NCBI RefSeq assembly: GCF_003334385.1
Contig: NZ_QOWN01000005.1
From: Escherichia coli
GTDB lineage: Bacteria > Pseudomonadota > Gammaproteobacteria > Enterobacterales > Enterobacteriaceae
Direction: 5' to 3' (one strand)
DNA length: 64,000 bases
The notes under the pieces were generated by a model. It was given only the letters and a program-made list of their open reading frames with translations, was not told the DNA's origin and searched no databases. This document shows positions 16,008 through 29,182 of this stretch, in pieces (the stretch's first letter is position 1; each line of letters starts with the position of its first letter). The position numbers and the translations under genes are program-made.

Positions 16008-17186
16008 TCAAACGTCTTTAACCTTTGCGGTTAAAAATAATGCGACAACAGAAATAACCGCAATTACCCAGTAGACAGCAAAGTGCCCCCAACTTTGTGC
16101 AATTGCTCCCTGAATAACGCCAGCCAGAATTACCCCGGTAGAAATACTGTTAGTAAATAAGGTGGTAGCTGCCCCCGCTCTTCCAGGCATTAAATCCTGA
16201 AACCATAGCATCCCAATACCCGCAACAATGCCGATAAATACAGCGTTAAAAAGTTGCAGCGTCATCAACGCCATACGGCTATTAAAGAAAATCAATCCGG
16301 TGTAAAACAGTACTCCTGCCGCCACTGCTATGACCATCATTCGCCGCTTACCATAACGTTTGACATAGTAGCCAGCCAGAATCATTGCTGGTATTTCCAG
16401 TCCAGCTGCCGTCCCCATCAGGAAACCCGCCAGTTTGTCTGGCAATCCTAACTCGCTACTGATCCACAACGGCATATCAATAATGTACATGGTGTTGCAG
16501 GTCCACATTAACGTCGAGGCGACAAATAACATCCGTACGTTACTATCCTGCCAGCCACCTTGCATTGATAAAGCATTTTCCGACGGCAGTTCTACCCGCG
16601 CCACAGACGGAAGCATAAATGCAATCAATACCAGACTGAGTGTGAATATCCCGGCGGCAATCGAAAACATCACCGTAAAGCCGTAATTCAACGCCAGCAT
16701 AAAGGCCAACGGTGGACCGATAACCCATGCCAGAGAAAGCTGCGCACGCATCACCGAGCTAAACATCACCACTTCTCGCGCCGAGTTATCCGCATATTCC
16801 CGCGCCAGAGCAAATAACTGTGGCATTGCCGTATTGGCCAGAGATGCCAGAAGCACACCACAGGTGATAAGCGTCAGATAATGACGATTAAATGCAAACA
16901 ATAGCGCATTGCCGATAGCCATCAAACAGCAAAATATAATCAGTTTTCGCCGATCGCCCTGACTGTCAGAACGTTTTGCCAACCAGAGGCTTACGCCGAT
17001 CCCAGCAATAGCATTCACCGTATAAAAGAGGCCGATCCAGAAAGGTTGCGCGCCAACCTCACGACTCAGAAATAAGCTCAATGTAGGAGCCTGTAGCGCC
17101 CCGGCCACCCCCATCATAAAAGCGACCAGCATAAATGCCGCGTAAACACCGTTCATACGGCGAGCCATCGTCATTATCCAGATCAT
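16008..17186 (-). CDS. setA: Sugar efflux transporter A (MFS)
   Basis: 392-aa ORF MIWIMTMARRMNGVYAAFMLVAFMMGVAG, 12-TM MFS profile; immediately downstream of sgrS. Confidence 0.93.
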   Translation of the reverse strand: MIWIMTMARRMNGVYAAFMLVAFMMGVAGALQAPTLSLFLSREVGAQPFWIGLFYTVNAIAGIGVSLWLAKRSDSQGDRRKLIIFCCLMAIGNALLFAFNRHYLTLITCGVLLASLANTAMPQLFALAREYADNSAREVVMFSSVMRAQLSLAWVIGPPLAFMLALNYGFTVMFSIAAGIFTLSLVLIAFMLPSVARVELPSENALSMQGGWQDSNVRMLFVASTLMWTCNTMYIIDMPLWISSELGLPDKLAGFLMGTAAGLEIPAMILAGYYVKRYGKRRMMVIAVAAGVLFYTGLIFFNSRMALMTLQLFNAVFIGIVAGIGMLWFQDLMPGRAGAATTLFTNSISTGVILAGVIQGAIAQSWGHFAVYWVIAVISVVALFLTAKVKDV

Positions 17187-17213
17187 ACGTTCCCTTTTTA
17201 GCGCGGCGAGAAT

Positions 17214-17440
17214 AAAAAAAACCAGCAGGTATAATCTGCTGGCGGGTGATTTTACACCAATACTCAGTCACACATGATGCAGGCAAGTCAACTTTCAGAA
17301 TTGCGGTCATCCCACTGCATCAGTCCTTCAAGCATGGTTAATCGTTGTGGGACGCTTAACCAACGCAACCAGCACAACTTCGCTGTCGCGGTAAAATAGT
17401 GCTGATAAAACTGACGCATGGGGCACCCCCTTGCTTCATC
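17214..17440 (-). ncRNA. sgrS: SgrS small RNA (glucose-phosphate stress sRNA, dual-function)
   Basis: Minus-strand 3' end reads ...AAATCACCCGCCAGCAGATTATACCTGCTGGTTTTTTTT (terminator, U8 tail at 17214-17221); 5' end GATGAAGCAAGGGGGTGCCC near 17440; divergent from sgrR; contains sgrT ORF. Confidence 0.85.
17288..17419 (-). CDS. sgrT: SgrT, 43-aa peptide encoded within SgrS
   Basis: C-terminal 43 codons of ORF-track frame 17288..17587: MRQFYQHYFTATAKLCWLRWLSVPQRLTMLEGLMQWDDRNSES, ATG at 17417-17419. Confidence 0.85.
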   Translation of the reverse strand: MRQFYQHYFTATAKLCWLRWLSVPQRLTMLEGLMQWDDRNSES

Positions 17441-17507
17441 GTTAGGAATTATTGACTTAATATAGGGAAAATAAAATTGCTGTCTTTTGCACAGGAGTTC
17501 CCCTTTT

Positions 17508-19163
17508 ATGCCATCTGCTCGTCTGCAACAACAGTTCATCCGCCTGTGGCAATGCTGCGAGGGTAAATCGCAGGACACAACGCTCAACGAACTGGCAGCG
17601 TTATTGAGCTGCTCGCGTCGTCATATGCGCACCCTGCTCAACACCATGCAGGATCGCGGCTGGCTGACGTGGGAAGCGGAAGTCGGGCGCGGTAAACGCT
17701 CGCGTCTGACATTCCTCTATACCGGGCTGGCGCTTCAGCAACAGCGGGCGGAAGACCTGCTGGAGCAGGATCGTATCGATCAACTGGTGCAGTTGGTTGG
17801 CGACAAAGCGACTGTGCGGCAAATGCTGGTTTCTCATCTGGGCCGCAGCTTCCGCCAGGGGCGGCACATCCTGCGCGTGCTCTACTATCGTCCGTTGCGT
17901 AATCTGCTACCTGGCAGCGCATTGCGCCGTTCCGAAACCCATATCGCCCGGCAAATCTTCAGTTCGCTAACGCGCATAAATGAGGAAAATGGGGAACTGG
18001 AAGCAGACATCGCCCACCACTGGCAGCAAATTTCACCGCTTCACTGGCGTTTCTTTTTGCGTCCAGGAGTCCATTTTCACCATGGTCGTGAACTGGAAAT
18101 GGACGATGTGATCGCCTCTTTAAAACGAATCAATACGCTGCCGCTCTATTCGCATATTGCTGACATTGTGTCGCCGACGCCCTGGACGCTGGATATCCAT
18201 CTCACGCAACCGGACCGCTGGTTACCGTTACTGCTGGGGCAAGTTCCGGCGATGATCCTGCCGCGCGAATGGGAAACCCTCAGTAACTTTGCCAGCCATC
18301 CCATCGGCACCGGTCCGTATGCGGTGATTCGCAACAGCACCAATCAACTGAAAATTCAGGCATTCGATGACTTCTTCGGTTACCGGGCATTAATCGACGA
18401 AGTTAACGTCTGGGTTCTGCCGGAAATTGCCGACGAGCCAGCCGGAGGGCTGATGCTAAAAGGTCCACAGGGCGAGGAAAAAGAGATTGAAAGCCGCCTG
18501 GAGGAAGGTTGCTACTATTTACTGTTCGACAGCCGCACCCATCGCGGGGCGAATCAGCAAGTCAGGGACTGGGTAAGCTATGTGCTTTCTCCAACTAATC
18601 TGGTCTATTTCGCTGAGGAACAGTACCAGCAACTGTGGTTCCCGGCTTATGGACTGCTCCCCCGTTGGCACCATGCCCGCACCATAAAGAGCGAAAAACC
18701 GGCTGGCCTGGAAAGCCTCACCCTAACCTTTTATCAGGATCACAGTGAGCATCGGGTGATTGCCGGGATCATGCAGCAGATTCTGGCAAGTCACCAGGTC
18801 ACGCTGAAAATCAAAGAGATCGACTACGATCAGTGGCATACAGGAGAGATCGAAAGTGATATCTGGCTAAACAGCGCCAACTTTACCCTGCCGCTGGACT
18901 TCTCTGTTTTCGCACATTTATGCGAAGTGCCACTGCTACAACATTGCATTCCCATTGACTGGCAAGCCGACGCTGCTCGCTGGCGCAATGGCGAGATGAA
19001 TCTGGCGAACTGGTGCCAGCAACTGGTCGCCAGCAAAGCGATGGTGCCATTATTGCACCACTGGCTGATCATTCAGGGGCAACGCAGTATGCGCGGCCTG
19101 CGCATGAATACCCTCGGCTGGTTCGATTTTAAATCAGCGTGGTTTGCGCCACCGGATCCATGA
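17508..19163 (+). CDS. sgrR: Transcriptional regulator SgrR
   Basis: ORF track starts at TTG 17487; ATG 17508 preceded by aggag gives [20 protein letters not shown] (551 aa); N-terminal HTH plus solute-binding-like domain. Confidence 0.9.
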   Translation: MPSARLQQQFIRLWQCCEGKSQDTTLNELAALLSCSRRHMRTLLNTMQDRGWLTWEAEVGRGKRSRLTFLYTGLALQQQRAEDLLEQDRIDQLVQLVGDKATVRQMLVSHLGRSFRQGRHILRVLYYRPLRNLLPGSALRRSETHIARQIFSSLTRINEENGELEADIAHHWQQISPLHWRFFLRPGVHFHHGRELEMDDVIASLKRINTLPLYSHIADIVSPTPWTLDIHLTQPDRWLPLLLGQVPAMILPREWETLSNFASHPIGTGPYAVIRNSTNQLKIQAFDDFFGYRALIDEVNVWVLPEIADEPAGGLMLKGPQGEEKEIESRLEEGCYYLLFDSRTHRGANQQVRDWVSYVLSPTNLVYFAEEQYQQLWFPAYGLLPRWHHARTIKSEKPAGLESLTLTFYQDHSEHRVIAGIMQQILASHQVTLKIKEIDYDQWHTGEIESDIWLNSANFTLPLDFSVFAHLCEVPLLQHCIPIDWQADAARWRNGEMNLANWCQQLVASKAMVPLLHHWLIIQGQRSMRGLRMNTLGWFDFKSAWFAPPDP

Positions 19164-19198
19164 TTGCTGGTTGATAACAAAATCACTACACTAACGCC

Positions 19199-19291
19199 GT
19201 TCTCAACGGGGTGCCACGCGTACGCGTGCGCTGAGAAAATACCCGTCGAACCTGATCCGGATAACGCCGGCGAAGGGATTTGAGGCTCCTT
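19199..19291 (+). promoter_or_regulatory. sroA: TPP riboswitch (THI-box; sroA) in thiBPQ leader
   Basis: THI-box core ggggtgccacgcgtacgcgtgcgCTGAGAaaatACCCgtcgAACCTGATCCGGATAAcGCCGGCGaAGGGA upstream of thiB; boundaries approximate. Confidence 0.75.
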
Positions 19292-19326
19292 CTCAAGTCC
19301 TTTGCCACTCTTTTTTGAGGTGCAAA

Positions 19327-20310
19327 GTGTTAAAAAAATGTCTGCCCCTGCTGTTGCTGTGCACAGCGCCCGTTTTCGCTAAACCCGTTCTGACTGTTTA
19401 TACCTACGATTCCTTCGCCGCCGACTGGGGGCCTGGTCCGGTGGTTAAAAAAGCCTTTGAAGCCGACTGTAATTGCGAACTGAAACTGGTGGCGCTGGAA
19501 GATGGCGTTTCGCTTCTCAACCGTCTACGGATGGAAGGCAAAAACAGTAAAACCGATGTGGTGCTGGGGCTGGATAACAACCTGTTAGACGCCGCCAGTA
19601 AAACCGGACTGTTTGCCAAAAGCGGTGTGGCAGCGGATGCCGTTAACGTTCCCGGCGGCTGGAATAATGACACTTTCGTACCGTTTGATTATGGCTACTT
19701 CGCCTTCGTTTATGACAAGAACAAACTGAAAAACCCGCCACAAAGCCTGAAAGAACTGGTTGAGAGCGATCAAAACTGGCGGGTGATTTATCAGGATCCG
19801 CGCACCAGTACACCGGGGCTGGGTCTGTTGCTATGGATGCAAAAAGTCTATGGCGATGACGCCCCACAAGCCTGGCAGAAACTGGCGAAGAAAACGGTCA
19901 CGGTCACCAAAGGCTGGAGCGAAGCCTACGGCCTGTTTTTAAAAGGTGAAAGCGATCTGGTACTGAGTTACACCACCTCTCCGGCTTATCACATTCTCGA
20001 AGAGAAGAAAGATAACTACGCCGCCGCGAACTTCAGCGAAGGTCACTATCTGCAAGTGGAAGTCGCCGCCCGCACCGCTGCCAGCAAGCAGCCGGAGCTG
20101 GCGCAAAAATTCCTCCAGTTTATGGTTTCTCCGGCTTTCCAGAATGCGATCCCAACCGGCAACTGGATGTATCCGGTGGCAAACGTCACGCTGCCTGCCG
20201 GTTTTGAAAAATTGACCAAACCCGCAACCACGTTGGAGTTCACGCCAGCCGAAGTGGCGGCACAACGTCAGGCATGGATTAGCGAATGGCAACGCGCCGT
20301 CAGCCGTTAA
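19327..20310 (+). CDS. thiB: Thiamine ABC transporter periplasmic binding protein
   Basis: ORF track frame from TTG 19315; GTG 19327 after gagg RBS gives (M)LKKCLPLLLLCTAPVFA signal peptide; 327 aa. Confidence 0.9.
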   Translation: MLKKCLPLLLLCTAPVFAKPVLTVYTYDSFAADWGPGPVVKKAFEADCNCELKLVALEDGVSLLNRLRMEGKNSKTDVVLGLDNNLLDAASKTGLFAKSGVAADAVNVPGGWNNDTFVPFDYGYFAFVYDKNKLKNPPQSLKELVESDQNWRVIYQDPRTSTPGLGLLLWMQKVYGDDAPQAWQKLAKKTVTVTKGWSEAYGLFLKGESDLVLSYTTSPAYHILEEKKDNYAAANFSEGHYLQVEVAARTAASKQPELAQKFLQFMVSPAFQNAIPTGNWMYPVANVTLPAGFEKLTKPATTLEFTPAEVAAQRQAWISEWQRAVSR

Positions 20311-21896
20311 TTCCCGGCTGGTTAATTCCAGGTGTAAGCGCCACCACGCTGGTGGTAGCGGTTGCGCTGGCGGCGTTTCTCGCCCTGTGGTGGAACGCGC
20401 CGCAGGATGACTGGGTGGCAGTCTGGCAGGACAGCTATCTGTGGCATGTGGTGCGCTTCTCCTTCTGGCAGGCGTTTCTCTCGGCACTGCTCTCTGTCAT
20501 ACCCGCGATATTCCTCGCCCGCGCGCTCTATCGCAGGCGCTTTCCGGGTCGGCTGGCGCTGTTGCGTCTGTGTGCAATGACCTTGATCCTCCCGGTGTTG
20601 GTCGCTGTTTTCGGCATTCTTAGCGTCTATGGTCGCCAGGGCTGGCTGGCAACACTCTGCCAATCGCTCGGTCTGGAGTGGACCTTTTCGCCCTACGGCC
20701 TGCAAGGTATTTTGCTGGCCCATGTGTTTTTTAATCTGCCGATGGCGAGCCGCTTATTACTCCAGGCACTGGAAAACATCCCCGGCGAACAGCGTCAACT
20801 TGCCGCCCAGCTTGGGATGCGTAGCTGGCATTTTTTCCGCTTCGTCGAATGGCCGTGGTTACGGCGACAAATCCCGCCGGTTGCTGCGCTTATCTTTATG
20901 CTCTGTTTCGCCAGCTTCGCCACCGTGCTATCGCTGGGGGGCGGTCCGCAGGCGACCACTATCGAGCTGGCAATCTATCAGGCGCTGAGTTACGACTACG
21001 ATCCTGCCCGCGCGGCAATGCTGGCGCTGCTCCAGATGGTGTGCTGCCTCGGGCTGGTGCTGTTGAGTCAGCGATTGAGTAAGGCCATTGCGCCCGGCAC
21101 CACGCTGCTGCAAGGCTGGCGCGACCCGGACGATCGTCTGCATAGCCGCATTTGCGACACGGTGTTAATTGTGCTGGCGCTGCTGCTGTTGCTGCCACCG
21201 TTACTGGCGGTGATCGTCGATGGGGTAAATCGCCAGTTGCCGGAAGTGCTGGCACAACCGGTGCTGTGGCAGGCGCTGTGGACCTCGTTGCGTATTGCGC
21301 TGGCGGCAGGTGTATTGTGCGTAGTGCTGACCATGATGCTGCTATGGAGCAGTCGCGAACTGCGGGCGCGGCAGAAAATGCTGGCGGGTCAGGTGCTGGA
21401 GATGAGCGGCATGTTGATCCTCGCCATGCCGGGGATTGTGCTGGCTACCGGCTTCTTTTTACTGCTCAACAACACTATCGGCCTGCCACAATCTGCTGAC
21501 GGCATTGTGATTTTCACCAATGCGTTAATGGCGATCCCTTATGCGCTGAAAGTGCTGGAAAACCCGATGCGCGATATCACCGCCCGCTACAGCATGTTAT
21601 GTCAGTCGCTGGGGATTGAAGGCTGGTCACGCTTAAAAGTGGTGGAGCTGCGCGCCCTGAAACGTCCACTGGCGCAGGCGCTGGCCTTTGCATGCGTGCT
21701 GTCGATTGGTGATTTTGGCGTGGTGGCGTTGTTCGGTAACGATGATTTCCGCACCCTGCCGTTTTATCTCTACCAGCAAATTGGCTCCTATCGCAGCCAG
21801 GACGGTGCGGTCACCGCGTTAATTCTGCTGCTGCTCTGTTTTCTGCTGTTTACCGTGATTGAAAAACTACCGGGGCGAAATGTTAAAACTGACTGA
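20286..21896 (+). CDS. thiP: Thiamine ABC transporter permease
   Basis: 536-aa polytopic membrane [20 protein letters not shown]; start overlaps thiB end by 25 nt. Confidence 0.92.
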   Translation: MATRRQPLIPGWLIPGVSATTLVVAVALAAFLALWWNAPQDDWVAVWQDSYLWHVVRFSFWQAFLSALLSVIPAIFLARALYRRRFPGRLALLRLCAMTLILPVLVAVFGILSVYGRQGWLATLCQSLGLEWTFSPYGLQGILLAHVFFNLPMASRLLLQALENIPGEQRQLAAQLGMRSWHFFRFVEWPWLRRQIPPVAALIFMLCFASFATVLSLGGGPQATTIELAIYQALSYDYDPARAAMLALLQMVCCLGLVLLSQRLSKAIAPGTTLLQGWRDPDDRLHSRICDTVLIVLALLLLLPPLLAVIVDGVNRQLPEVLAQPVLWQALWTSLRIALAAGVLCVVLTMMLLWSSRELRARQKMLAGQVLEMSGMLILAMPGIVLATGFFLLLNNTIGLPQSADGIVIFTNALMAIPYALKVLENPMRDITARYSMLCQSLGIEGWSRLKVVELRALKRPLAQALAFACVLSIGDFGVVALFGNDDFRTLPFYLYQQIGSYRSQDGAVTALILLLLCFLLFTVIEKLPGRNVKTD

Positions 21897-22578
21897 TATC
21901 ACCTGGCTTTACCACCATTTGCCGATGCGTTTTAGCTTAACGGTGGAACGCGGCGAGCAGGTGGCGATCCTCGGGCCAAGCGGCGCGGGTAAAAGTACCC
22001 TGCTGAATTTGATCGCCGGTTTTCTGACGCCAGCCAGCGGTTCGCTGACTATCGATGGCGTAGATCACACAACTATGCCGCCGTCACGCCGTCCGGTGTC
22101 GATGCTGTTTCAGGAGAACAACCTGTTCAGCCACCTGACGGTCGCACAGAACATCGGGCTGGGGCTAAATCCGGGATTGAAACTGAACGCGGTACAGCAG
22201 GGGAAAATGCACGCTATCGCCCGCCAGATGGGGATTGATAATTTAATGGCGCGGTTACCGGGCGAGCTTTCCGGCGGTCAGCGACAGCGAGTGGCGTTAG
22301 CGCGTTGTCTGGTACGCGAACAGCCGATTTTATTGCTCGATGAACCGTTCTCTGCGCTCGATCCGGCGTTACGTCAGGAGATGTTGACGCTGGTGAGCAC
22401 GAGCTGCCAGCAGCAAAAAATGACGCTATTGATGGTGTCGCACAGCGTGGAAGATGCGGCGCGGATCGCCACGCGCTCGGTAGTAGTCGCCGACGGGCGC
22501 ATCGCCTGGCAGGGTATGACCAATGAGTTGTTGAGCGGTAAGGCGAGTGCTTCGGCACTATTGGGGATTACGGGTTAG
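21880..22578 (+). CDS. thiQ: Thiamine ABC transporter ATP-binding protein
   Basis: ORF track frame 21859..22578; 232-aa protein from [13 protein letters not shown]; Walker [13 protein letters not shown] signature LSGGQRQR. Confidence 0.92.
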   Translation: MLKLTDITWLYHHLPMRFSLTVERGEQVAILGPSGAGKSTLLNLIAGFLTPASGSLTIDGVDHTTMPPSRRPVSMLFQENNLFSHLTVAQNIGLGLNPGLKLNAVQQGKMHAIARQMGIDNLMARLPGELSGGQRQRVALARCLVREQPILLLDEPFSALDPALRQEMLTLVSTSCQQQKMTLLMVSHSVEDAARIATRSVVVADGRIAWQGMTNELLSGKASASALLGITG

Positions 22579-22584
22579 TATGCA

Positions 22585-22676
<92 letters not shown>

Positions 22677-22691
22677 GCACAAGACTATCTC

Positions 22692-23456
22692 CTAAACCCC
22701 AACCACTTTACGCAAAATATCGATATACACCGGCATCAACGGGTGGCGAATTAACACCACCAGCGCCACCACGCCGATGGCAGAAATCAACGGCGTCAGC
22801 CACAACAAACGACCGCGGGACAAATAATGACTCAAACGGTCAGTCGCTTTACCGCTGCGCCATAACCGCCAGCACAGCCAGCCACCAACCCACAAAAACA
22901 CCGCTGTTGCCAGCAGCAACCATTTAAACTCACCGCTCTGCATTCCGGCAGGAATATCGATCGCCGCGCCCGCCAGAATCCCTGGCAGGAAGTAAAACGG
23001 CGGCCACAGCAGGCAGCCGATAATATTCGGCGTAATAAATTTAGCCACCGGCAGATCCAGCATTCCCGCCACCATTGGCACCAGCGGACGCGTCGGGCCA
23101 ACAAAACGACCGACCAGAATGGTGAACATGCTGTGTTGATGCAACGCATGTTCAGTTTTATCAAGTAGTGCTTTGTTTTTCTTCAGAAATGACCAGCGAT
23201 GCAACGGCTTTTTAAAACGCCAACCCAGCCAGAAAGAAATCCAGTCGCCCATCAAGCAGCCAATAATCCCTGCCAGCCAGGCGTACCAGAAACTTAACTC
23301 GCCGCTGCCAATCAGCGCTCCCAGCCCCGCCATCAGCACCGTACCGGGTAGAATCAAACCGACCAGCGCCAGCGACTCCAGAAAGGCCACCAACACCACC
23401 GCCATCAATGAATACACGGTGGATTGGGTAATAAAGTGTTCCAGCAATGCTTGCAT
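22692..23456 (-). CDS. yabI: DedA-family inner membrane protein
   Basis: 254-aa hydrophobic ORF MQALLEHFITQSTVYSLMAVVLVAFLESLALVGLILPG (DedA/SNARE-associated signature). Confidence 0.9.
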   Translation of the reverse strand: MQALLEHFITQSTVYSLMAVVLVAFLESLALVGLILPGTVLMAGLGALIGSGELSFWYAWLAGIIGCLMGDWISFWLGWRFKKPLHRWSFLKKNKALLDKTEHALHQHSMFTILVGRFVGPTRPLVPMVAGMLDLPVAKFITPNIIGCLLWPPFYFLPGILAGAAIDIPAGMQSGEFKWLLLATAVFLWVGGWLCWRLWRSGKATDRLSHYLSRGRLLWLTPLISAIGVVALVVLIRHPLMPVYIDILRKVVGV

Positions 23457-23541
23457 AATGTGCCTGTCAAATGGACGAAGCAGGGATTCTGCAAACCCTA
23501 TGCTACTCCGTCAAGCCGTCAATTGTCTGATTCGTTACCAA

Positions 23542-24420
23542 TTATGACAACTTGACGGCTACATCATTCACTTTTTCTTCACAACCGGCACGAAACTCGC
23601 TCGGGCTGGCCCCGGTGCATTTTTTAAATACTCGCGAGAAATAGAGTTGATCGTCAAAACCAACATTGCGACCGACGGTGGCGATAGGCATCCGGGTAGT
23701 GCTCAAAAGCAGCTTCGCCTGACTAATGCGTTGGTCCTCGCGCCAGCTTAAGACGCTAATCCCTAACTGCTGGCGGAAAAGATGTGACAGACGCGACGGC
23801 GACAAGCAAACATGCTGTGCGACGCTGGCGATATCAAAATTGCTGTCTGCCAGGTGATCGCTGATGTACTGACAAGCCTCGCGTACCCGATTATCCATCG
23901 GTGGATGGAGCGACTCGTTAATCGCTTCCATGCGCCGCAGTAACAATTGCTCAAGCAGATTTATCGCCAGCAGCTCCGAATAGCGCCCTTCCCCTTGCCC
24001 GGCGTTAATGATTTGCCCAAACAGGTCGCTGAAATGCGGCTGGTGCGCTTCATCCGGGCGAAAGAAACCCGTATTGGCAAATATTGACGGCCAGTTAAGC
24101 CATTCATGCCAGTAGGCGCGCGGACGAAAGTAAACCCACTGGTGATACCATTCGCGAGCCTCCGGATGACGACCGTAGTGATGAATCTCTCCTGGCGGGA
24201 ACAGCAAAATATCACCCGGTCGGCAGACAAATTCTCGTCCCTGATTTTTCACCACCCCCTGACCGCGAATGGTGAGATTGAGAATATAACCTTTCATTCC
24301 CAGCGGTCGGTCGATAAAAAAATCGAGATAACCGTTGGCCTCAATCGGCGTTAAACCCGCCACCAGATGGGCGTTAAACGAGTATCCCGGCAGCAGGGGA
24401 TCATTTTGCGCTTCAGCCAT
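23542..24420 (-). CDS. araC: Arabinose operon regulator AraC
   Basis: ORF track frame 23542..24471; 292-aa protein from [55 protein letters not shown]. Confidence 0.95.
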
Positions 24421-26459
<2,039 letters not shown>

Positions 26460-26469
26460 GGACACGATA

Positions 26470-27972
26470 ATGACGATTTTTGATAATTATGAAGTGTGGT
26501 TTGTCATTGGCAGCCAGCATCTGTATGGCCCGGAAACCCTGCGTCAGGTCACCCAACATGCCGAGCACGTCGTTAATGCGCTGAATACGGAAGCGAAACT
26601 GCCCTGCAAACTGGTGTTGAAACCGCTGGGCACCACGCCGGATGAAATCACCGCTATTTGCCGCGACGCGAATTACGACGATCGTTGCGCTGGTCTGGTG
26701 GTGTGGCTGCACACCTTCTCCCCGGCCAAAATGTGGATCAACGGCCTGACCATGCTCAACAAACCGTTGCTGCAATTCCACACCCAGTTCAACGCGGCGC
26801 TGCCGTGGGACAGTATCGATATGGACTTTATGAACCTGAACCAGACTGCACATGGCGGTCGCGAGTTCGGCTTCATTGGCGCGCGTATGCGTCAGCAACA
26901 TGCCGTGGTTACCGGTCACTGGCAGGATAAACAAGCCCATGAGCGTATCGGCTCCTGGATGCGTCAGGCGGTCTCTAAACAGGATACCCGTCATCTGAAA
27001 GTCTGCCGATTTGGCGATAACATGCGTGAAGTGGCGGTCACCGATGGCGATAAAGTTGCCGCACAGATCAAGTTCGGTTTCTCCGTCAATACCTGGGCGG
27101 TTGGCGATCTGGTGCAGGTGGTGAACTCCATCAGCGACGGCGATGTTAACGCGCTGGTCGATGAGTACGAAAGCTGCTACACCATGACGCCTGCCACACA
27201 AATCCACGGCAAAAAACGACAGAACGTGCTGGAAGCGGCGCGTATTGAGCTGGGGATGAAGCGTTTCCTGGAACAAGGTGGCTTCCACGCGTTCACCACC
27301 ACCTTTGAAGATTTGCACGGTCTGAAACAGCTTCCTGGTCTGGCCGTACAGCGTCTGATGCAGCAGGGTTACGGCTTTGCGGGCGAAGGCGACTGGAAAA
27401 CTGCCGCCCTGCTTCGCATCATGAAGGTGATGTCAACCGGTCTGCAGGGCGGCACCTCCTTTATGGAGGACTACACCTATCACTTCGAGAAAGGTAATGA
27501 CCTGGTGCTCGGCTCCCATATGCTGGAAGTCTGCCCGTCGATCGCCGCAGAAGAGAAACCGATCCTCGACGTTCAGCATCTCGGTATTGGTGGTAAGGAC
27601 GATCCTGCCCGCCTGATCTTCAATACCCAAACCGGCCCAGCGATTGTCGCCAGCTTGATTGATCTCGGCGATCGTTACCGTCTACTGGTTAACTGCATCG
27701 ACACGGTGAAAACACCGCACTCCCTGCCGAAACTGCCGGTGGCGAATGCGCTGTGGAAAGCGCAACCGGATCTGCCAACTGCTTCCGAAGCGTGGATCCT
27801 CGCTGGTGGCGCGCACCATACCGTCTTCAGCCATGCACTGAACCTCAACGATATGCGCCAATTCGCCGAGATGCACGACATTGAAATCACGGTGATTGAT
27901 AACGACACACGCCTGCCAGCGTTTAAAGACGCGCTGCGCTGGAACGAAGTGTATTACGGGTTTCGTCGCTAA
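26470..27972 (+). CDS. araA: L-arabinose isomerase
   Basis: ORF track frame 26446..27972; 500-aa protein from [20 protein letters not shown]. Confidence 0.95.
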   Translation: MTIFDNYEVWFVIGSQHLYGPETLRQVTQHAEHVVNALNTEAKLPCKLVLKPLGTTPDEITAICRDANYDDRCAGLVVWLHTFSPAKMWINGLTMLNKPLLQFHTQFNAALPWDSIDMDFMNLNQTAHGGREFGFIGARMRQQHAVVTGHWQDKQAHERIGSWMRQAVSKQDTRHLKVCRFGDNMREVAVTDGDKVAAQIKFGFSVNTWAVGDLVQVVNSISDGDVNALVDEYESCYTMTPATQIHGKKRQNVLEAARIELGMKRFLEQGGFHAFTTTFEDLHGLKQLPGLAVQRLMQQGYGFAGEGDWKTAALLRIMKVMSTGLQGGTSFMEDYTYHFEKGNDLVLGSHMLEVCPSIAAEEKPILDVQHLGIGGKDDPARLIFNTQTGPAIVASLIDLGDRYRLLVNCIDTVKTPHSLPKLPVANALWKAQPDLPTASEAWILAGGAHHTVFSHALNLNDMRQFAEMHDIEITVIDNDTRLPAFKDALRWNEVYYGFRR

Positions 27973-27989
27973 GTAGCCGCATCCGGTAT

Positions 27990-28415
27990 GTAACACCTGA
28001 TGCGACGCTGACGCGTCTTATCTGGCCTACACGCTGCGATTTTGTAGGCCGGATAAGCAAAGCGCATCCGGCATTCAACGCCTGATGCGACGCTGGCGCG
28101 TCTTATCAGGCCTACGCGCTGCGATTTTGTAGGCCGGATAAGCAAAGCGCATCCGGCATTCAACGCCTGATGCGACGCTGGCGCGTCTTATCAGGCCTAC
28201 GCGCTGCGATTTTGTAGGCCGGATAAGCAAAGCGCATCCGGCATTCAACGCCTGATGCGACGCTGGCGCGTCTTATCAGGCCTACGCGCTGCGATTTTGT
28301 AGGCCGGATAAGCAAAGCGCATCCGGCATTCAACGCCTGATGCGACGCTGGCGCGTCTTATCAGGCCTACACGCTGCGATTTTGTAGGCCGGATAAGCAA
28401 AGCGCATCCGGCACG
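27990..28415. repeat. Tandem array of five ~85-bp BIME units (paired inverted REP sequences) between araA and araD
   Basis: Unit boundaries about 27995/28080/28165/28250/28335; units 2-4 are identical 85-mers (gcctgatgcgacgctggcgcgtcttatcaggcctacgcgctgcgattttgtaggccggataagcaaagcgcatccggcattcaac), units 1 and 5 carry a few substitutions. Confidence 0.9.
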
Positions 28416-28426
28416 AAGGAGTCAAC

Positions 28427-29122
28427 ATGTTAGAAGATCTCAAACGCCAGGTATTAGAAGCCAACCTGGCGCTGCCAAAACACAACCTGGTCACGCTCAC
28501 ATGGGGCAACGTCAGCGCCGTTGATCGCGAGCGCGGCGTCTTTGTGATCAAACCTTCCGGCGTCGATTACAGCGTCATGACCGCTGACGATATGGTCGTG
28601 GTTAGCATCGAAACCGGTGAAGTGGTTGAAGGTACGAAAAAGCCCTCCTCCGACACGCCAACTCACCGGCTGCTCTATCAGGCATTCCCCTCCATTGGCG
28701 GCATTGTGCATACGCACTCGCGCCACGCCACCATCTGGGCGCAGGCGGGTCAGTCGATTCCAGCAACCGGCACCACCCACGCCGACTATTTCTACGGCAC
28801 CATTCCCTGCACCCGCAAAATGACCGACGCAGAAATCAACGGCGAATATGAGTGGGAAACCGGTAACGTCATCGTAGAAACCTTTGAAAAACAGGGTATC
28901 GATGCAGCGCAAATGCCCGGCGTTCTGGTCCATTCCCACGGCCCGTTTGCATGGGGCAAAAATGCCGAAGATGCGGTGCATAACGCCATCGTGCTGGAAG
29001 AGGTCGCTTATATGGGGATATTCTGCCGTCAGTTAGCGCCGCAGTTACCGGATATGCAGCAAACGCTGCTGGATAAACACTATCTGCGTAAGCATGGCGC
29101 GAAGGCATATTACGGGCAGTAA
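28427..29122 (+). CDS. araD: L-ribulose-5-phosphate 4-epimerase
   Basis: 231-aa [48 protein letters not shown] (class II aldolase fold). Confidence 0.95.
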   Translation: MLEDLKRQVLEANLALPKHNLVTLTWGNVSAVDRERGVFVIKPSGVDYSVMTADDMVVVSIETGEVVEGTKKPSSDTPTHRLLYQAFPSIGGIVHTHSRHATIWAQAGQSIPATGTTHADYFYGTIPCTRKMTDAEINGEYEWETGNVIVETFEKQGIDAAQMPGVLVHSHGPFAWGKNAEDAVHNAIVLEEVAYMGIFCRQLAPQLPDMQQTLLDKHYLRKHGAKAYYGQ

Positions 29123-29125
29123 TGA

Positions 29126-29141
29126 CTGTATAAAACCACAG
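29126..29141 (+). promoter_or_regulatory. LexA (SOS) box upstream of polB
   Basis: CTGTataaaaccACAG matches CTGT-N8-ACAG consensus; 56 nt upstream of polB GTG. Confidence 0.7.
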
Positions 29142-29153
29142 CCAATCAAACGA

Positions 29154-29182
29154 AACCAGGCTATACTCAAGCCTGGTTTTTT
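29154..29182 (+). terminator. Intrinsic terminator downstream of araD (lies inside the polB leader)
   Basis: aaccaggct-atactca-agcctggtt 9-bp stem followed by tttt(tt). Confidence 0.75.

Noticed and set aside
27969-28551. ORF-track frames 27969..28163 (-) and 28330..28551 (-), and the possibility that the 85-bp tandem repeats are a CRISPR array
   Set aside because: The ORFs are translations of REP sequence ([25 protein letters not shown]-type peptides). The units are contiguous with no unique spacers and each is an inverted REP pair, so this is a BIME array, not CRISPR and not coding
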